Below, one piece after another: positions 21,581-35,733 of a stretch of 64,000 nt of DNA; position 1 is the stretch's first letter; each line of letters opens with the position of its first letter. The notes below the pieces were generated by a model. It saw only the letters and a list, made by a program, of their open reading frames with translations. It did not search any database and had not been told where the DNA came from. The stretch comes from Auanema rhodensis (lineage: Eukaryota; Animalia; Nematoda): NCBI GenBank assembly GCA_964057225.1, contig OZ059894.1:12090001-12154000 (forward strand). Direction: 5' to 3'. The position numbers and the translations under genes are program-made.

Positions 21581-21699
21581 AGCTTACGACACCCGGGATT
21601 CCCAAGCCGTCTCCGATCCAAGTACTAACCGGGCCCAACGTTGCTTGACTTGCCAGATCGGACGGGATGGCGTACTTTCAACGTGGTATGGTCGTAAGC
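21581..21699 (-). rRNA. 5S rRNA
   Basis: Copy of 1225-1343. Confidence 0.96.
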
Positions 21700-21841
21700 A
21701 ATGTCATATTCTTCATTATCAGTTATATCACTCTAAATCTTGTTGTTAATAGATACGACCACAAAGAAAACAACAGGAACAGTAACAATAACAAAAAAAA
21801 TTTTTTTTTCACCTATGTGTCTAAAGGTTAGCCATGTATCC

Positions 21842-21895
<54 letters not shown>

Positions 21896-23075
21896 ACAGT
21901 AAAAAGTCCAATCAAGAGAGAAATTTTTTCAACACATAGTTGTTTTTTTTTTAAATATCATTGTTTTTCCTCATAACTCGGTTTAAACTCGTTCTAACCC
22001 GTTGAAATACGTCTAGAAAGTCTTTATAACATGCATATGTATGATAGAACTTCATATTTATTGTAATAGAAAATTTTATTTTCAGACGTCTTGGTTAACA
22101 ATGATATGTTTTACCCCCTTATAATTTTTATCATAATGTTCCTTATACGGAACGCTCAATGAAACTTGCTTCCAGAAAAATTTCTTTCTATTTTTTCTTC
22201 ATATGTACGTAGATACTATAGAGAACTATGATAGAAAACTTTAACATTCACGAAATCATCATTTCTCATTACGCTACGGAGGTTTAAAAAGCTGTGTTTT
22301 ACCTTATAATAGACCGGAAAACCCTTGTGTTAAAACTGGACCGTTTTTACACATATAAAAATGTCCCGTATTCGGGACCCTAATGTAACTTTTGATTCCC
22401 TATATTTTTTTTCATGAAATTTACAATCTACTGTAGAAAGAAGAATTATTTTTATAAAAACTGTAAATTTTTGAAAAATGAAAACAAAACGAAAACAAAA
22501 ACAACTTTTTTTTGAACATTTTCTCACACAAGGGTCCCCCCTTACCTACTTTTTTTCTCATTACTCGTTTCAACCTCATCCGATCACTCTGCAAACATGT
22601 TTAATCGTTCTAACTTGTTGAAATACGTCTTAAAAGTCTAAACAACATGCATATGCATAATAGAAACCACCCGAATAGGCCCCCACGCACTAAACGAGAT
22701 ATATACATTACCAGTATAGTAATAGAACACATATTGAAGATTAATTCGATAAGAACAATTTATTGACGTAGAGAATGTTTGTTCCGAAAAACTACAATAT
22801 TAAACTATAAAAGTAACAAAAGCGTAGAGGCAGCAAAGACATGAATAAACATAAATGTAAATACAGAATTACCAGGTAGTACATAAGTATGACAAAAAAT
22901 TATAAGAAAGCCATGAAAATAGAAGGTTTGTGAACAAATGAGAGGTACATCTTTGATCGTATAGTCATTTCTAAACCGTTCGTATGCTGCAGCATCGTCA
23001 TAAGCGTCACTCAAGTTGAATTTCCATGTGTACTACACGATTTTCATTCTTATTGTTACATTCTTTCCCTGAGGG

Positions 23076-23261
23076 AATGGGCCGTTCCCGCCAGCAGTGC
23101 AAGAGCGGGTCGACCCGTGAGGTGGAGCTAGCAAGCCAGCATCTACCTCAAGTCTCAAAAATCGGTTAACCTTATTGTGAACCAATGGAACACATATCGA
23201 AGGTTAATTCGATAAGAACGATTACTACACTTTGATCTTAGCCAAAAGGCCGAGAAGCGAT
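23076..23261 (-). ncRNA. U2: U2 snRNA, intact
   Basis: Copy of 597-782. Confidence 0.95.
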
Positions 23262-23703
23262 ACAGCATAGCCATGAGTATCAAAGACATCAAGCAAATGT
23301 ATCGTACTTGTTACGAGTGCACTCTCTCATTTGAATATAAAAGTGTGGTTTGACAATCTTGACTGTACAGGTCATAAATGGCTCATATAAACTGTGGATT
23401 TACTCAACTTTTGGACTTATTTTTTTCTTATTCGAAGCGCTGCACTTTTTTCTATTCTTTTTATTCAAATACTTGTATATAGTTTTATATGTACGGTTGC
23501 AAAGTTTCCGAATATTTTATATATTTTTATACAATAATTAGGAGAAGGTTAATACAATGAAATCTCCCAACTTTACAGTGTTTGTATTGCTTACAGTATC
23601 TAGAACAACCACTCTTGTAATATTAGAGCACATATCAATCAACAACTTTTTCTAGTTATCAAAGCTTTTTTATTTCTTCAAGATATTTCAAATAAAATAT
23701 AAA

Positions 23704-23822
23704 AGCTTACGACACCCGGGATTCCCAAGCCGTCTCCGATCCAAGTACTAACCGGGCCCAACGTTGCTTGACTTGCCAGATCGGACGGGATGGCGTACTT
23801 TCAACGTGGTATGGTCGTAAGC
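23704..23822 (-). rRNA. 5S rRNA
   Basis: Copy of 1225-1343. Confidence 0.96.
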
Positions 23823-24063
23823 AATGTTATATTCTTCATTATCAGTTATATCACTCTAAATCTTGTTGTTAATAGTTAGGACCACAAAGAAAACAACAGG
23901 AACAGTAACAAATGAAATGCCCAAACTTTACAGTGTTCGAGTTATTTACAGTATCTAAGACTACCTCTGTCGTGTTATTAGAGCAAACATTCGATTAACA
24001 ACAACTTTTTTTTAGTTATCAAAGCTTTTTTATTTCTTCAAAAAATTTCAAATAAAATATAAA

Positions 24064-24182
24064 AGCTTACGACACCCGGGATTCCCAAGCCGTCTCCGAT
24101 CCAAGTACTAACCGGGCCCAACGTTGCTTGACTTGCCAGATCGGACGGGATGGCGTACTTTCAACGTGGTATGGTCGTAAGC
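24064..24182 (-). rRNA. 5S rRNA
   Basis: Copy of 1225-1343. Confidence 0.96.
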
Positions 24183-24324
24183 AATGTCATATTCTTCATT
24201 ATCAGTTATATCACTCTAAATCTTGTTGTTAATAGATACGACCACAAAGAAAACAACAGGAACAGTAACAATAACAAAAAAAATTTTTTTTTCACCTATG
24301 TGTCTAAAGGTTAGCCATGTATCC

Positions 24325-24376
<52 letters not shown>

Positions 24377-25556
24377 ACAGTAAAAAGTCCAATCAAGAGA
24401 GAAATTTTTTCAACACATAGTTGTTTTTTTTTTAAATATCATTGTTTTTCCTCATAACTCGGTTTAAACTCGTTCTAACCCGTTGAAATACGTCTAGAAA
24501 GTCTTTATAACATGCATATGTATGATAGAACTTCATATTTATTGTAATAGAAAATTTTATTTTCAGACGTCTTGGTTAACAATGATATGTTTTACCCCCT
24601 TATAATTTTTATCATAATGTTCCTTATACGGAACGCTCAATGAAACTTGCTTCCAGAAAAATTTCTTTCTATTTTTTCTTCATATGTACGTAGATACTAT
24701 AGAGAACTATGATAGAAAACTTTAACATTCACGAAATCATCATTTCTCATTACGCTACGGAGGTTTAAAAAGCTGTGTTTTACCTTATAATAGACCGGAA
24801 AACCCTTGTGTTAAAACTGGACCGTTTTTACACATATAAAAATGTCCCGTATTCGGGACCCTAATGTAACTTTTGATTCCCTATATTTTTTTTCATGAAA
24901 TTTACAATCTACTGTAGAAAGAAGAATTATTTTTATAAAAACTGTAAATTTTTGAAAAATGAAAACAAAACGAAAACAAAAACAACTTTTTTTTGAACAT
25001 TTTCTCACACAAGGGTCCCCCCTTACCTACTTTTTTTCTCATTACTCGTTTCAACCTCATCCGATCACTCTGCAAACATGTTTAATCGTTCTAACTTGTT
25101 GAAATACGTCTTAAAAGTCTAAACAACATGCATATGCATAATAGAAACCACCCGAATAGGCCCCCACGCACTAAACGAGATATATACATTACCAGTATAG
25201 TAATAGAACACATATTGAAGATTAATTCGATAAGAACAATTTATTGACGTAGAGAATGTTTGTTCCGAAAAACTACAATATTAAACTATAAAAGTAACAA
25301 AAGCGTAGAGGCAGCAAAGACATGAATAAACATAAATGTAAATACAGAATTACCAGGTAGTACATAAGTATGACAAAAAATTATAAGAAAGCCATGAAAA
25401 TAGAAGGTTTGTGAACAAATGAGAGGTACATCTTTGATCGTATAGTCATTTCTAAACCGTTCGTATGCTGCAGCATCGTCATAAGCGTCACTCAAGTTGA
25501 ATTTCCATGTGTACTACACGATTTTCATTCTTATTGTTACATTCTTTCCCTGAGGG

Positions 25557-25705
25557 AATGGGCCGTTCCCGCCAGCAGTGCAAGAGCGGGTCGACCCGTG
25601 AGGTGGAGCTAGCAAGCCAGCATCTACCTCAAGTCTCAAAAATCGGTTAACCTTATTGTGAACCAATGGAACACATATCGAAGGTTAATTCGATAAGAAC
25701 GATTA
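25557..25705 (-). pseudogene. U2 3' part (nt 38-end); 5' part and promoter deleted
   Basis: U2 breaks at gattA|atggttt; no U2 5' end beyond the element. Confidence 0.9.
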
Positions 25706-28395
25706 ATGGTTTATTGAATAACTAATGTTATGATACAATAAATAACCAATAAAAAAGAGCCCAGAATCGGGGAGACGGTATTACCAGTACAACTTAAAAC
25801 AGCAAGTAATTAAAAAGTACATAATAAGACACATTGCCAACAGAGGCTAAAACGACTCAAGAGTCGGGGGAGTGGGTTAAAAAAAAATGAACAAAAAAAA
25901 TGAATATTAAAGCAGAACAATGAGAAATCAAGTGCCGCTATGATCAAACAATTTGAGTGCCTACGGCAATGATGTTAAAAATAAACAACAAAATACATGT
26001 ACCAATGAAGGTCAGAAAGAAAGAAACAAAAGACAAAATAAGTAATACAAAAAGTAAATACATTACAATCAAATCACAAACAAGTCAATTGATAATTTCT
26101 TCTTCATATTGCCTTACACCAGAAACATGTTCCACGTAGATATTCCTGGCCCACTTGATGGTATCGGCGACGACGAGCTTCTCCATTAGCCGGTTGTAGT
26201 GGCTGCTGATCTTGAGTGATCGGAGGGCTTGTCCGTTGAGCGGGTCCATAGTTCCAAGCATTCCTACGACATACGCTTCTACACTAGTCTTATAACCAAG
26301 ACATTGGTATTGGCTGGCTATGTCAGCATATTTCCTCTCCTTTATCATACGCGCGGCTATCATGGCTTGACGGCGGTTTTCATAGCTCACTGTAACATCA
26401 ACGATACTACAGTGTTTTGCGTCATGATCGACCACTACTATGTCAGGTCGGAGTGTACTATTAATGCCAGGAAGAGGCTGGTTAGTGTAAACTTCTCCGT
26501 TTTTAGGCTCTGGCAGGGCTTTGATAAGACGGTCCACGATGTTGTTGTGGCGGAGTTGGATTGCTCTCGTGTGAGAGTGGCAGTGTCCAAGAACATGTGC
26601 AGCAGTTTCGTTGGAGTAACTACACCTGCGGCACTGTTTGTTTCCTTCTCCGTGTCTTCTACAGCCATTGAGCTGGAGAGTATTGAGTCGAGCCTTGTGG
26701 ATGAATCGCCAATCAGCAAACCGTATGAAATCTCCCTTCGCCATAAAGTGATTGGACGCTTTGTTGAGCATTGTGACATCAAAGACTTTCCCTTGATCCG
26801 GTTTTTGAAGAAGGATCCGAAGGTCTTTCAGCCATAATGCACGTCGCAGGCTTCTGTGGCATAGTGAAGGTGTTAACAGTTGGTTGTTTAGATTGAGTTC
26901 TAAACCACTTTCGAGGCATGTCCAGTTAGCGTTGATGAGTTTCTTGAGTTGACGCATCGCTACTCTTACTCTAGTCCAGATGGAGGAAACATCAGATGTT
27001 TCGGTGTCGAAAATGCCATCAACGGAACCGTTGTAATATGCAGCTGTCTCATCGTTACTGGCTTGACGTTTAATCCTTTTTGATGCTACTTTTTTTGAGT
27101 CTTGATGCGCAATATCAGCTACTACAAGATCAGATGACTTCAAAAGTTGGTAGGCATGAGTGACTTCACAGACGTCTGACAGGTGTTGGAGTCGAGAGAG
27201 ACCAAGTCCGCCGTAGTTAGTTGGCAGGTAGATTGGTTCAGCACTGGCGTTTGGAGGATAGTGCATCCATCTACGGGCACAGCGTTTGAGTTCTTTGTCA
27301 AAGGCGACTAGTTTACTCTTTGGGACGTGGCCATTCGTCATATGAAAATTAAGGCAGGGCATCAGGAAGGTGCGTACTGCGTCAGCTTTCTGCCATTCAG
27401 CAAGTAAGGATTTGTCAATTTTTTCCAAGTGTTGACTCATAATATTCACTGTTGGAACCGCAGACTTATGTAAATGCATTCCAGTAGGGATTCCCAGGTG
27501 GGAGTAGCTGTCAAATTTGCTAAGAGCGGGTAGAGAGGAGCTCTGTAGCATGTATGAGGCTGTTGATATTTTCCCTTTGTCGATCGTCAAGGTGGCGCAT
27601 TTCGCTGGTTTGAAGGTCAAGCCTGTGAAATTAGCCGCATTTGATGCTGCGTCCAACATTTTCTGTAGATCTTCTGATGATGAGGAGACCAGGGCAAGGT
27701 CATCGGCGTACGCTAGCACAGCGATGTTGTGGTTGTGTAGCTTATAGCCTGTAGAGGTTTCCAAGATGGTTTTAATTAGAGGTTCAATGGCAAGGTTGAA
27801 CAGGATCGGAGATAGTGGGGATCCTTGTAACACACCTGCGTGAACTGGAATGGTCGAAGTGAGTCCGGAGCCTGTCTGGATTCTTGTAGAGGCATCTGTG
27901 TATAGAGCTCGTACTCGGGATATTGAGGCTTCAGCCATTCCTGACCATCTTAGAACGTCTAGCAGAGTTTCGTGTGGCAGCGATCCAAAAGCGTTTGCGA
28001 GATCAAGCCAAGCAATTGCAATTTTCTCACGTTTACGTTTAGCGTCCGCAATGGTACTTTGCAACATAAAGTTGTGTTCCATGCATCCAGCTTTGGCCAC
28101 AAAGCCCTTTTGGGAGGGAGAAAGTCTTTTTTCTGCTCTTGCCCATGTTAGCAGTCGATGCGTAAGACAAGCTGAGTACGTCTTACCAATTGTGCACGAA
28201 AGTGCTATTGGTCGCCAGTTGTTAATGTCAGCTTTATCACCTTTCTTATGGATGAGGACGGTGGTCGACTCTTTCCAGGAAAAAGGGATGTGTCCTAGCT
28301 TGTGTACGGTGTTAAATATCGCTGCTAATATGTGACCTCCTTGGTCAAATTTCTTCCAGTGCGAGTATCGAAGTCCATCAGCTCCTGGAGCCGTA
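25706..28395 (-). mobile_element. Element A copy 2: 5'-truncated (~2.7 kb), diverged haplotype, with ~1.24 kb upstream host deletion
   Basis: Breaks in the codons for DTAPGADG (ggagccgta|cgt|ttctaaccc) and joins the spacer at the equivalent of position ~1988. Confidence 0.92.
26085..28395 (-). pseudogene. 5'-truncated RT-RLE reading frame (tracked as 26085-28100, 671 aa); lacks zinc fingers and native start
   Basis: About 99% identical to the C-terminal part of the 1092-aa protein. Confidence 0.88.
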
Positions 28396-29482
28396 CGTTT
28401 CTAACCCGTTGAAATACGTCTAGAAAGTCTTTATAACATGCATATGTATGATAGAACTTCATATTTATTGTAATAGAAAATTTTATTTTCAGACGTCTTG
28501 GTTAACAATGATATGTTTTACCCCCTTATAATTTTTATCATAATGTTCCTTATACGGAACGCTCAATGAAACTTGCTTCCAGAAAAATTTCTTTCTATTT
28601 TTTCTTCATATGTACGTAGATACTATAGAGAACTATGATAGAAAACTTTAACATTCACGAAATCATCATTTCTCATTACGCTACGGAGGTTTAAAAAGCT
28701 GTGTTTTACCTTATAATAGACCGGAAAACCCTTGTGTTAAAACTGGACCGTTTTTACACATATAAAAATGTCCCGTATTCGGGACCCTAATGTAACTTTT
28801 GATTCCCTATATTTTTTTTCATGAAATTTACAATCTACTGTAGAAAGAAGAATTATTTTTATAAAAACTGTAAATTTTTGAAAAATGAAAACAAAACGAA
28901 AACAAAAACAACTTTTTTTTGAACATTTTCTCACACAAGGGTCCCCCCTTACCTACTTTTTTTCTCATTACTCGTTTCAACCTCATCCGATCACTCTGCA
29001 AACATGTTTAATCGTTCTAACTTGTTGAAATACGTCTTAAAAGTCTAAACAACATGCATATGCATAATAGAAACCACCCGAATAGGCCCCCACGCACTAA
29101 ACGAGATATATACATTACCAGTATAGTAATAGAACACATATTGAAGATTAATTCGATAAGAACAATTTATTGACGTAGAGAATGTTTGTTCCGAAAAACT
29201 ACAATATTAAACTATAAAAGTAACAAAAGCGTAGAGGCAGCAAAGACATGAATAAACATAAATGTAAATACAGAATTACCAGGTAGTACATAAGTATGAC
29301 AAAAAATTATAAGAAAGCCATGAAAATAGAAGGTTTGTGAACAAATGAGAGGTACATCTTTGATCGTATAGTCATTTCTAAACCGTTCGTATGCTGCAGC
29401 ATCGTCATAAGCGTCACTCAAGTTGAATTTCCATGTGTACTACACGATTTTCATTCTTATTGTTACATTCTTTCCCTGAGGG

Positions 29483-29668
29483 AATGGGCCGTTCCCGCCA
29501 GCAGTGCAAGAGCGGGTCGACCCGTGAGGTGGAGCTAGCAAGCCAGCATCTACCTCAAGTCTCAAAAATCGGTTAACCTTATTGTGAACCAATGGAACAC
29601 ATATCGAAGGTTAATTCGATAAGAACGATTACTACACTTTGATCTTAGCCAAAAGGCCGAGAAGCGAT
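29483..29668 (-). ncRNA. U2: U2 snRNA, intact
   Basis: Copy of 597-782. Confidence 0.95.
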
Positions 29669-30110
29669 ACAGCATAGCCATGAGTATCAAAGACATCAAG
29701 CAAATGTATCGTACTTGTTACGAGTGCACTCTCTCATTTGAATATAAAAGTGTGGTTTGACAATCTTGACTGTACAGGTCATAAATGGCTCATATAAACT
29801 GTGGATTTACTCAACTTTTGGACTTATTTTTTTCTTATTCGAGGCGCTGCACTTTTTTCTATTCTTTTTATTCAAATACTTGTATATAGTTTTATATGTA
29901 CGGTTGCAAAGTTTCCGAATATTTTATATATTTTTATACAATAATTAGGAGAAGGTTAATACAATGAAATCTCCCAACTTTACAGTGTTTGTATTGCTTA
30001 CAGTATCTAGAACAACCACTCTTGTAATATTAGAGCACATATCAATCAACAACTTTTTCTAGTTATCAAAGCTTTTTTATTTCTTCAAGATATTTCAAAT
30101 AAAATATAAA

Positions 30111-30229
30111 AGCTTACGACACCCGGGATTCCCAAGCCGTCTCCGATCCAAGTACTAACCGGGCCCAACGTTGCTTGACTTGCCAGATCGGACGGGATGG
30201 CGTACTTTCAACGTGGTATGGTCGTAAGC
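30111..30229 (-). rRNA. 5S rRNA
   Basis: Copy of 1225-1343. Confidence 0.96.
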
Positions 30230-30470
30230 AATGTTATATTCTTCATTATCAGTTATATCACTCTAAATCTTGTTGTTAATAGTTAGGACCACAAAGAAAA
30301 CAACAGGAACAGTAACAAATGAAATGCCCAAACTTTACAGTGTTCGAGTTATTTACAGTATCTAAGACTACCTCTGTCGTGTTATTAGAGCAAACATTCG
30401 ATTAACAACAACTTTTTTTTAGTTATCAAAGCTTTTTTATTTCTTCAAAAAATTTCAAATAAAATATAAA

Positions 30471-30589
30471 AGCTTACGACACCCGGGATTCCCAAGCCGT
30501 CTCCGATCCAAGTACTAACCGGGCCCAACGTTGCTTGACTTGCCAGATCGGACGGGATGGCGTACTTTCAACGTGGTATGGTCGTAAGC
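30471..30589 (-). rRNA. 5S rRNA
   Basis: Copy of 1225-1343. Confidence 0.96.
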
Positions 30590-30731
30590 AATGTCATATT
30601 CTTCATTATCAGTTATATCACTCTAAATCTTGTTGTTAATAGATACGACCACAAAGAAAACAACAGGAACAGTAACAATAACAAAAAAAATTTTTTTTTC
30701 ACCTATGTGTCTAAAGGTTAGCCATGTATCC

Positions 30732-30781
<50 letters not shown>

Positions 30782-31961
30782 ACAGTAAAAAGTCCAATCA
30801 AGAGAGAAATTTTTTCAACACATAGTTGTTTTTTTTTTAAATATCATTGTTTTTCCTCATAACTCGGTTTAAACTCGTTCTAACCCGTTGAAATACGTCT
30901 AGAAAGTCTTTATAACATGCATATGTATGATAGAACTTCATATTTATTGTAATAGAAAATTTTATTTTCAGACGTCTTGGTTAACAATGATATGTTTTAC
31001 CCCCTTATAATTTTTATCATAATGTTCCTTATACGGAACGCTCAATGAAACTTGCTTCCAGAAAAATTTCTTTCTATTTTTTCTTCATATGTACGTAGAT
31101 ACTATAGAGAACTATGATAGAAAACTTTAACATTCACGAAATCATCATTTCTCATTACGCTACGGAGGTTTAAAAAGCTGTGTTTTACCTTATAATAGAC
31201 CGGAAAACCCTTGTGTTAAAACTGGACCGTTTTTACACATATAAAAATGTCCCGTATTCGGGACCCTAATGTAACTTTTGATTCCCTATATTTTTTTTCA
31301 TGAAATTTACAATCTACTGTAGAAAGAAGAATTATTTTTATAAAAACTGTAAATTTTTGAAAAATGAAAACAAAACGAAAACAAAAACAACTTTTTTTTG
31401 AACATTTTCTCACACAAGGGTCCCCCCTTACCTACTTTTTTTCTCATTACTCGTTTCAACCTCATCCGATCACTCTGCAAACATGTTTAATCGTTCTAAC
31501 TTGTTGAAATACGTCTTAAAAGTCTAAACAACATGCATATGCATAATAGAAACCACCCGAATAGGCCCCCACGCACTAAACGAGATATATACATTACCAG
31601 TATAGTAATAGAACACATATTGAAGATTAATTCGATAAGAACAATTTATTGACGTAGAGAATGTTTGTTCCGAAAAACTACAATATTAAACTATAAAAGT
31701 AACAAAAGCGTAGAGGCAGCAAAGACATGAATAAACATAAATGTAAATACAGAATTACCAGGTAGTACATAAGTATGACAAAAAATTATAAGAAAGCCAT
31801 GAAAATAGAAGGTTTGTGAACAAATGAGAGGTACATCTTTGATCGTATAGTCATTTCTAAACCGTTCGTATGCTGCAGCATCGTCATAAGCGTCACTCAA
31901 GTTGAATTTCCATGTGTACTACACGATTTTCATTCTTATTGTTACATTCTTTCCCTGAGGG

Positions 31962-32147
31962 AATGGGCCGTTCCCGCCAGCAGTGCAAGAGCGGGTCGAC
32001 CCGTGAGGTGGAGCTAGCAAGCCAGCATCTACCTCAAGTCTCAAAAATCGGTTAACCTTATTGTGAACCAATGGAACACATATCGAAGGTTAATTCGATA
32101 AGAACGATTACTACACTTTGATCTTAGCCAAAAGGCCGAGAAGCGAT
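31962..32147 (-). ncRNA. U2: U2 snRNA, intact
   Basis: Copy of 597-782. Confidence 0.95.
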
Positions 32148-32589
32148 ACAGCATAGCCATGAGTATCAAAGACATCAAGCAAATGTATCGTACTTGTTAC
32201 GAGTGCACTCTCTCATTTGAATATAAAAGTGTGGTTTGACAATCTTGACTGTACAGGTCATAAATGGCTCATATAAACTGTGGATTTACTCAACTTTTGG
32301 ACTTATTTTTTTCTTATTCGAGGCGCTGCACTTTTTTCTATTCTTTTTATTCAAATACTTGTATATAGTTTTATATGTACGGTTGCAAAGTTTCCGAATA
32401 TTTTATATATTTTTATACAATAATTAGGAGAAGGTTAATACAATGAAATCTCCCAACTTTACAGTGTTTGTATTGCTTACAGTATCTAGAACAACCACTC
32501 TTGTAATATTAGAGCACATATCAATCAACAACTTTTTCTAGTTATCAAAGCTTTTTTATTTCTTCAAGATATTTCAAATAAAATATAAA

Positions 32590-32708
32590 AGCTTACGACA
32601 CCCGGGATTCCCAAGCCGTCTCCGATCCAAGTACTAACCGGGCCCAACGTTGCTTGACTTGCCAGATCGGACGGGATGGCGTACTTTCAACGTGGTATGG
32701 TCGTAAGC
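32590..32708 (-). rRNA. 5S rRNA
   Basis: Copy of 1225-1343. Confidence 0.96.
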
Positions 32709-32949
32709 AATGTTATATTCTTCATTATCAGTTATATCACTCTAAATCTTGTTGTTAATAGTTAGGACCACAAAGAAAACAACAGGAACAGTAACAAATG
32801 AAATGCCCAAACTTTACAGTGTTCGAGTTATTTACAGTATCTAAGACTACCTCTGTCGTGTTATTAGAGCAAACATTCGATTAACAACAACTTTTTTTTA
32901 GTTATCAAAGCTTTTTTATTTCTTCAAAAAATTTCAAATAAAATATAAA

Positions 32950-33068
32950 AGCTTACGACACCCGGGATTCCCAAGCCGTCTCCGATCCAAGTACTAACCG
33001 GGCCCAACGTTGCTTGACTTGCCAGATCGGACGGGATGGCGTACTTTCAACGTGGTATGGTCGTAAGC
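32950..33068 (-). rRNA. 5S rRNA
   Basis: Copy of 1225-1343. Confidence 0.96.
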
Positions 33069-33210
33069 AATGTCATATTCTTCATTATCAGTTATATCAC
33101 TCTAAATCTTGTTGTTAATAGATACGACCACAAAGAAAACAACAGGAACAGTAACAATAACAAAAAAAATTTTTTTTTCACCTATGTGTCTAAAGGTTAG
33201 CCATGTATCC

Positions 33211-33254
<44 letters not shown>

Positions 33255-34434
33255 ACAGTAAAAAGTCCAATCAAGAGAGAAATTTTTTCAACACATAGTT
33301 GTTTTTTTTTTAAATATCATTGTTTTTCCTCATAACTCGGTTTAAACTCGTTCTAACCCGTTGAAATACGTCTAGAAAGTCTTTATAACATGCATATGTA
33401 TGATAGAACTTCATATTTATTGTAATAGAAAATTTTATTTTCAGACGTCTTGGTTAACAATGATATGTTTTACCCCCTTATAATTTTTATCATAATGTTC
33501 CTTATACGGAACGCTCAATGAAACTTGCTTCCAGAAAAATTTCTTTCTATTTTTTCTTCATATGTACGTAGATACTATAGAGAACTATGATAGAAAACTT
33601 TAACATTCACGAAATCATCATTTCTCATTACGCTACGGAGGTTTAAAAAGCTGTGTTTTACCTTATAATAGACCGGAAAACCCTTGTGTTAAAACTGGAC
33701 CGTTTTTACACATATAAAAATGTCCCGTATTCGGGACCCTAATGTAACTTTTGATTCCCTATATTTTTTTTCATGAAATTTACAATCTACTGTAGAAAGA
33801 AGAATTATTTTTATAAAAACTGTAAATTTTTGAAAAATGAAAACAAAACGAAAACAAAAACAACTTTTTTTTGAACATTTTCTCACACAAGGGTCCCCCC
33901 TTACCTACTTTTTTTCTCATTACTCGTTTCAACCTCATCCGATCACTCTGCAAACATGTTTAATCGTTCTAACTTGTTGAAATACGTCTTAAAAGTCTAA
34001 ACAACATGCATATGCATAATAGAAACCACCCGAATAGGCCCCCACGCACTAAACGAGATATATACATTACCAGTATAGTAATAGAACACATATTGAAGAT
34101 TAATTCGATAAGAACAATTTATTGACGTAGAGAATGTTTGTTCCGAAAAACTACAATATTAAACTATAAAAGTAACAAAAGCGTAGAGGCAGCAAAGACA
34201 TGAATAAACATAAATGTAAATACAGAATTACCAGGTAGTACATAAGTATGACAAAAAATTATAAGAAAGCCATGAAAATAGAAGGTTTGTGAACAAATGA
34301 GAGGTACATCTTTGATCGTATAGTCATTTCTAAACCGTTCGTATGCTGCAGCATCGTCATAAGCGTCACTCAAGTTGAATTTCCATGTGTACTACACGAT
34401 TTTCATTCTTATTGTTACATTCTTTCCCTGAGGG

Positions 34435-34620
34435 AATGGGCCGTTCCCGCCAGCAGTGCAAGAGCGGGTCGACCCGTGAGGTGGAGCTAGCAAGCCAGCA
34501 TCTACCTCAAGTCTCAAAAATCGGTTAACCTTATTGTGAACCAATGGAACACATATCGAAGGTTAATTCGATAAGAACGATTACTACACTTTGATCTTAG
34601 CCAAAAGGCCGAGAAGCGAT
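34435..34620 (-). ncRNA. U2: U2 snRNA, intact
   Basis: Copy of 597-782. Confidence 0.95.
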
Positions 34621-35062
34621 ACAGCATAGCCATGAGTATCAAAGACATCAAGCAAATGTATCGTACTTGTTACGAGTGCACTCTCTCATTTGAATATAAA
34701 AGTGTGGTTTGACAATCTTGACTGTACAGGTCATAAATGGCTCATATAAACTGTGGATTTACTCAACTTTTGGACTTATTTTTTTCTTATTCGAAGCGCT
34801 GCACTTTTTTCTATTCTTTTTATTCAAATACTTGTATATAGTTTTATATGTACGGTTGCAAAGTTTCCGAATATTTTATATATTTTTATACAATAATTAG
34901 GAGAAGGTTAATACAATGAAATCTCCCAACTTTACAGTGTTTGTATTGCTTACAGTATCTAGAACAACCACTCTTGTAATATTAGAGCACATATCAATCA
35001 ACAACTTTTTCTAGTTATCAAAGCTTTTTTATTTCTTCAAGATATTTCAAATAAAATATAAA

Positions 35063-35181
35063 AGCTTACGACACCCGGGATTCCCAAGCCGTCTCCGATC
35101 CAAGTACTAACCGGGCCCAACGTTGCTTGACTTGCCAGATCGGACGGGATGGCGTACTTTCAACGTGGTATGGTCGTAAGC
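35063..35181 (-). rRNA. 5S rRNA
   Basis: Copy of 1225-1343. Confidence 0.96.
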
Positions 35182-35422
35182 AATGTTATATTCTTCATTA
35201 TCAGTTATATCACTCTAAATCTTGTTGTTAATAGTTAGGACCACAAAGAAAACAACAGGAACAGTAACAAATGAAATGCCCAAACTTTACAGTGTTCGAG
35301 TTATTTACAGTATCTAAGACTACCTCTGTCGTGTTATTAGAGCAAACATTCGATTAACAACAACTTTTTTTTAGTTATCAAAGCTTTTTTATTTCTTCAA
35401 AAAATTTCAAATAAAATATAAA

Positions 35423-35541
35423 AGCTTACGACACCCGGGATTCCCAAGCCGTCTCCGATCCAAGTACTAACCGGGCCCAACGTTGCTTGACTTGCCAGAT
35501 CGGACGGGATGGCGTACTTTCAACGTGGTATGGTCGTAAGC
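35423..35541 (-). rRNA. 5S rRNA
   Basis: Copy of 1225-1343. Confidence 0.96.
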
Positions 35542-35683
35542 AATGTCATATTCTTCATTATCAGTTATATCACTCTAAATCTTGTTGTTAATAGATACGA
35601 CCACAAAGAAAACAACAGGAACAGTAACAATAACAAAAAAAATTTTTTTTTCACCTATGTGTCTAAAGGTTAGCCATGTATCC

Positions 35684-35733
<50 letters not shown>

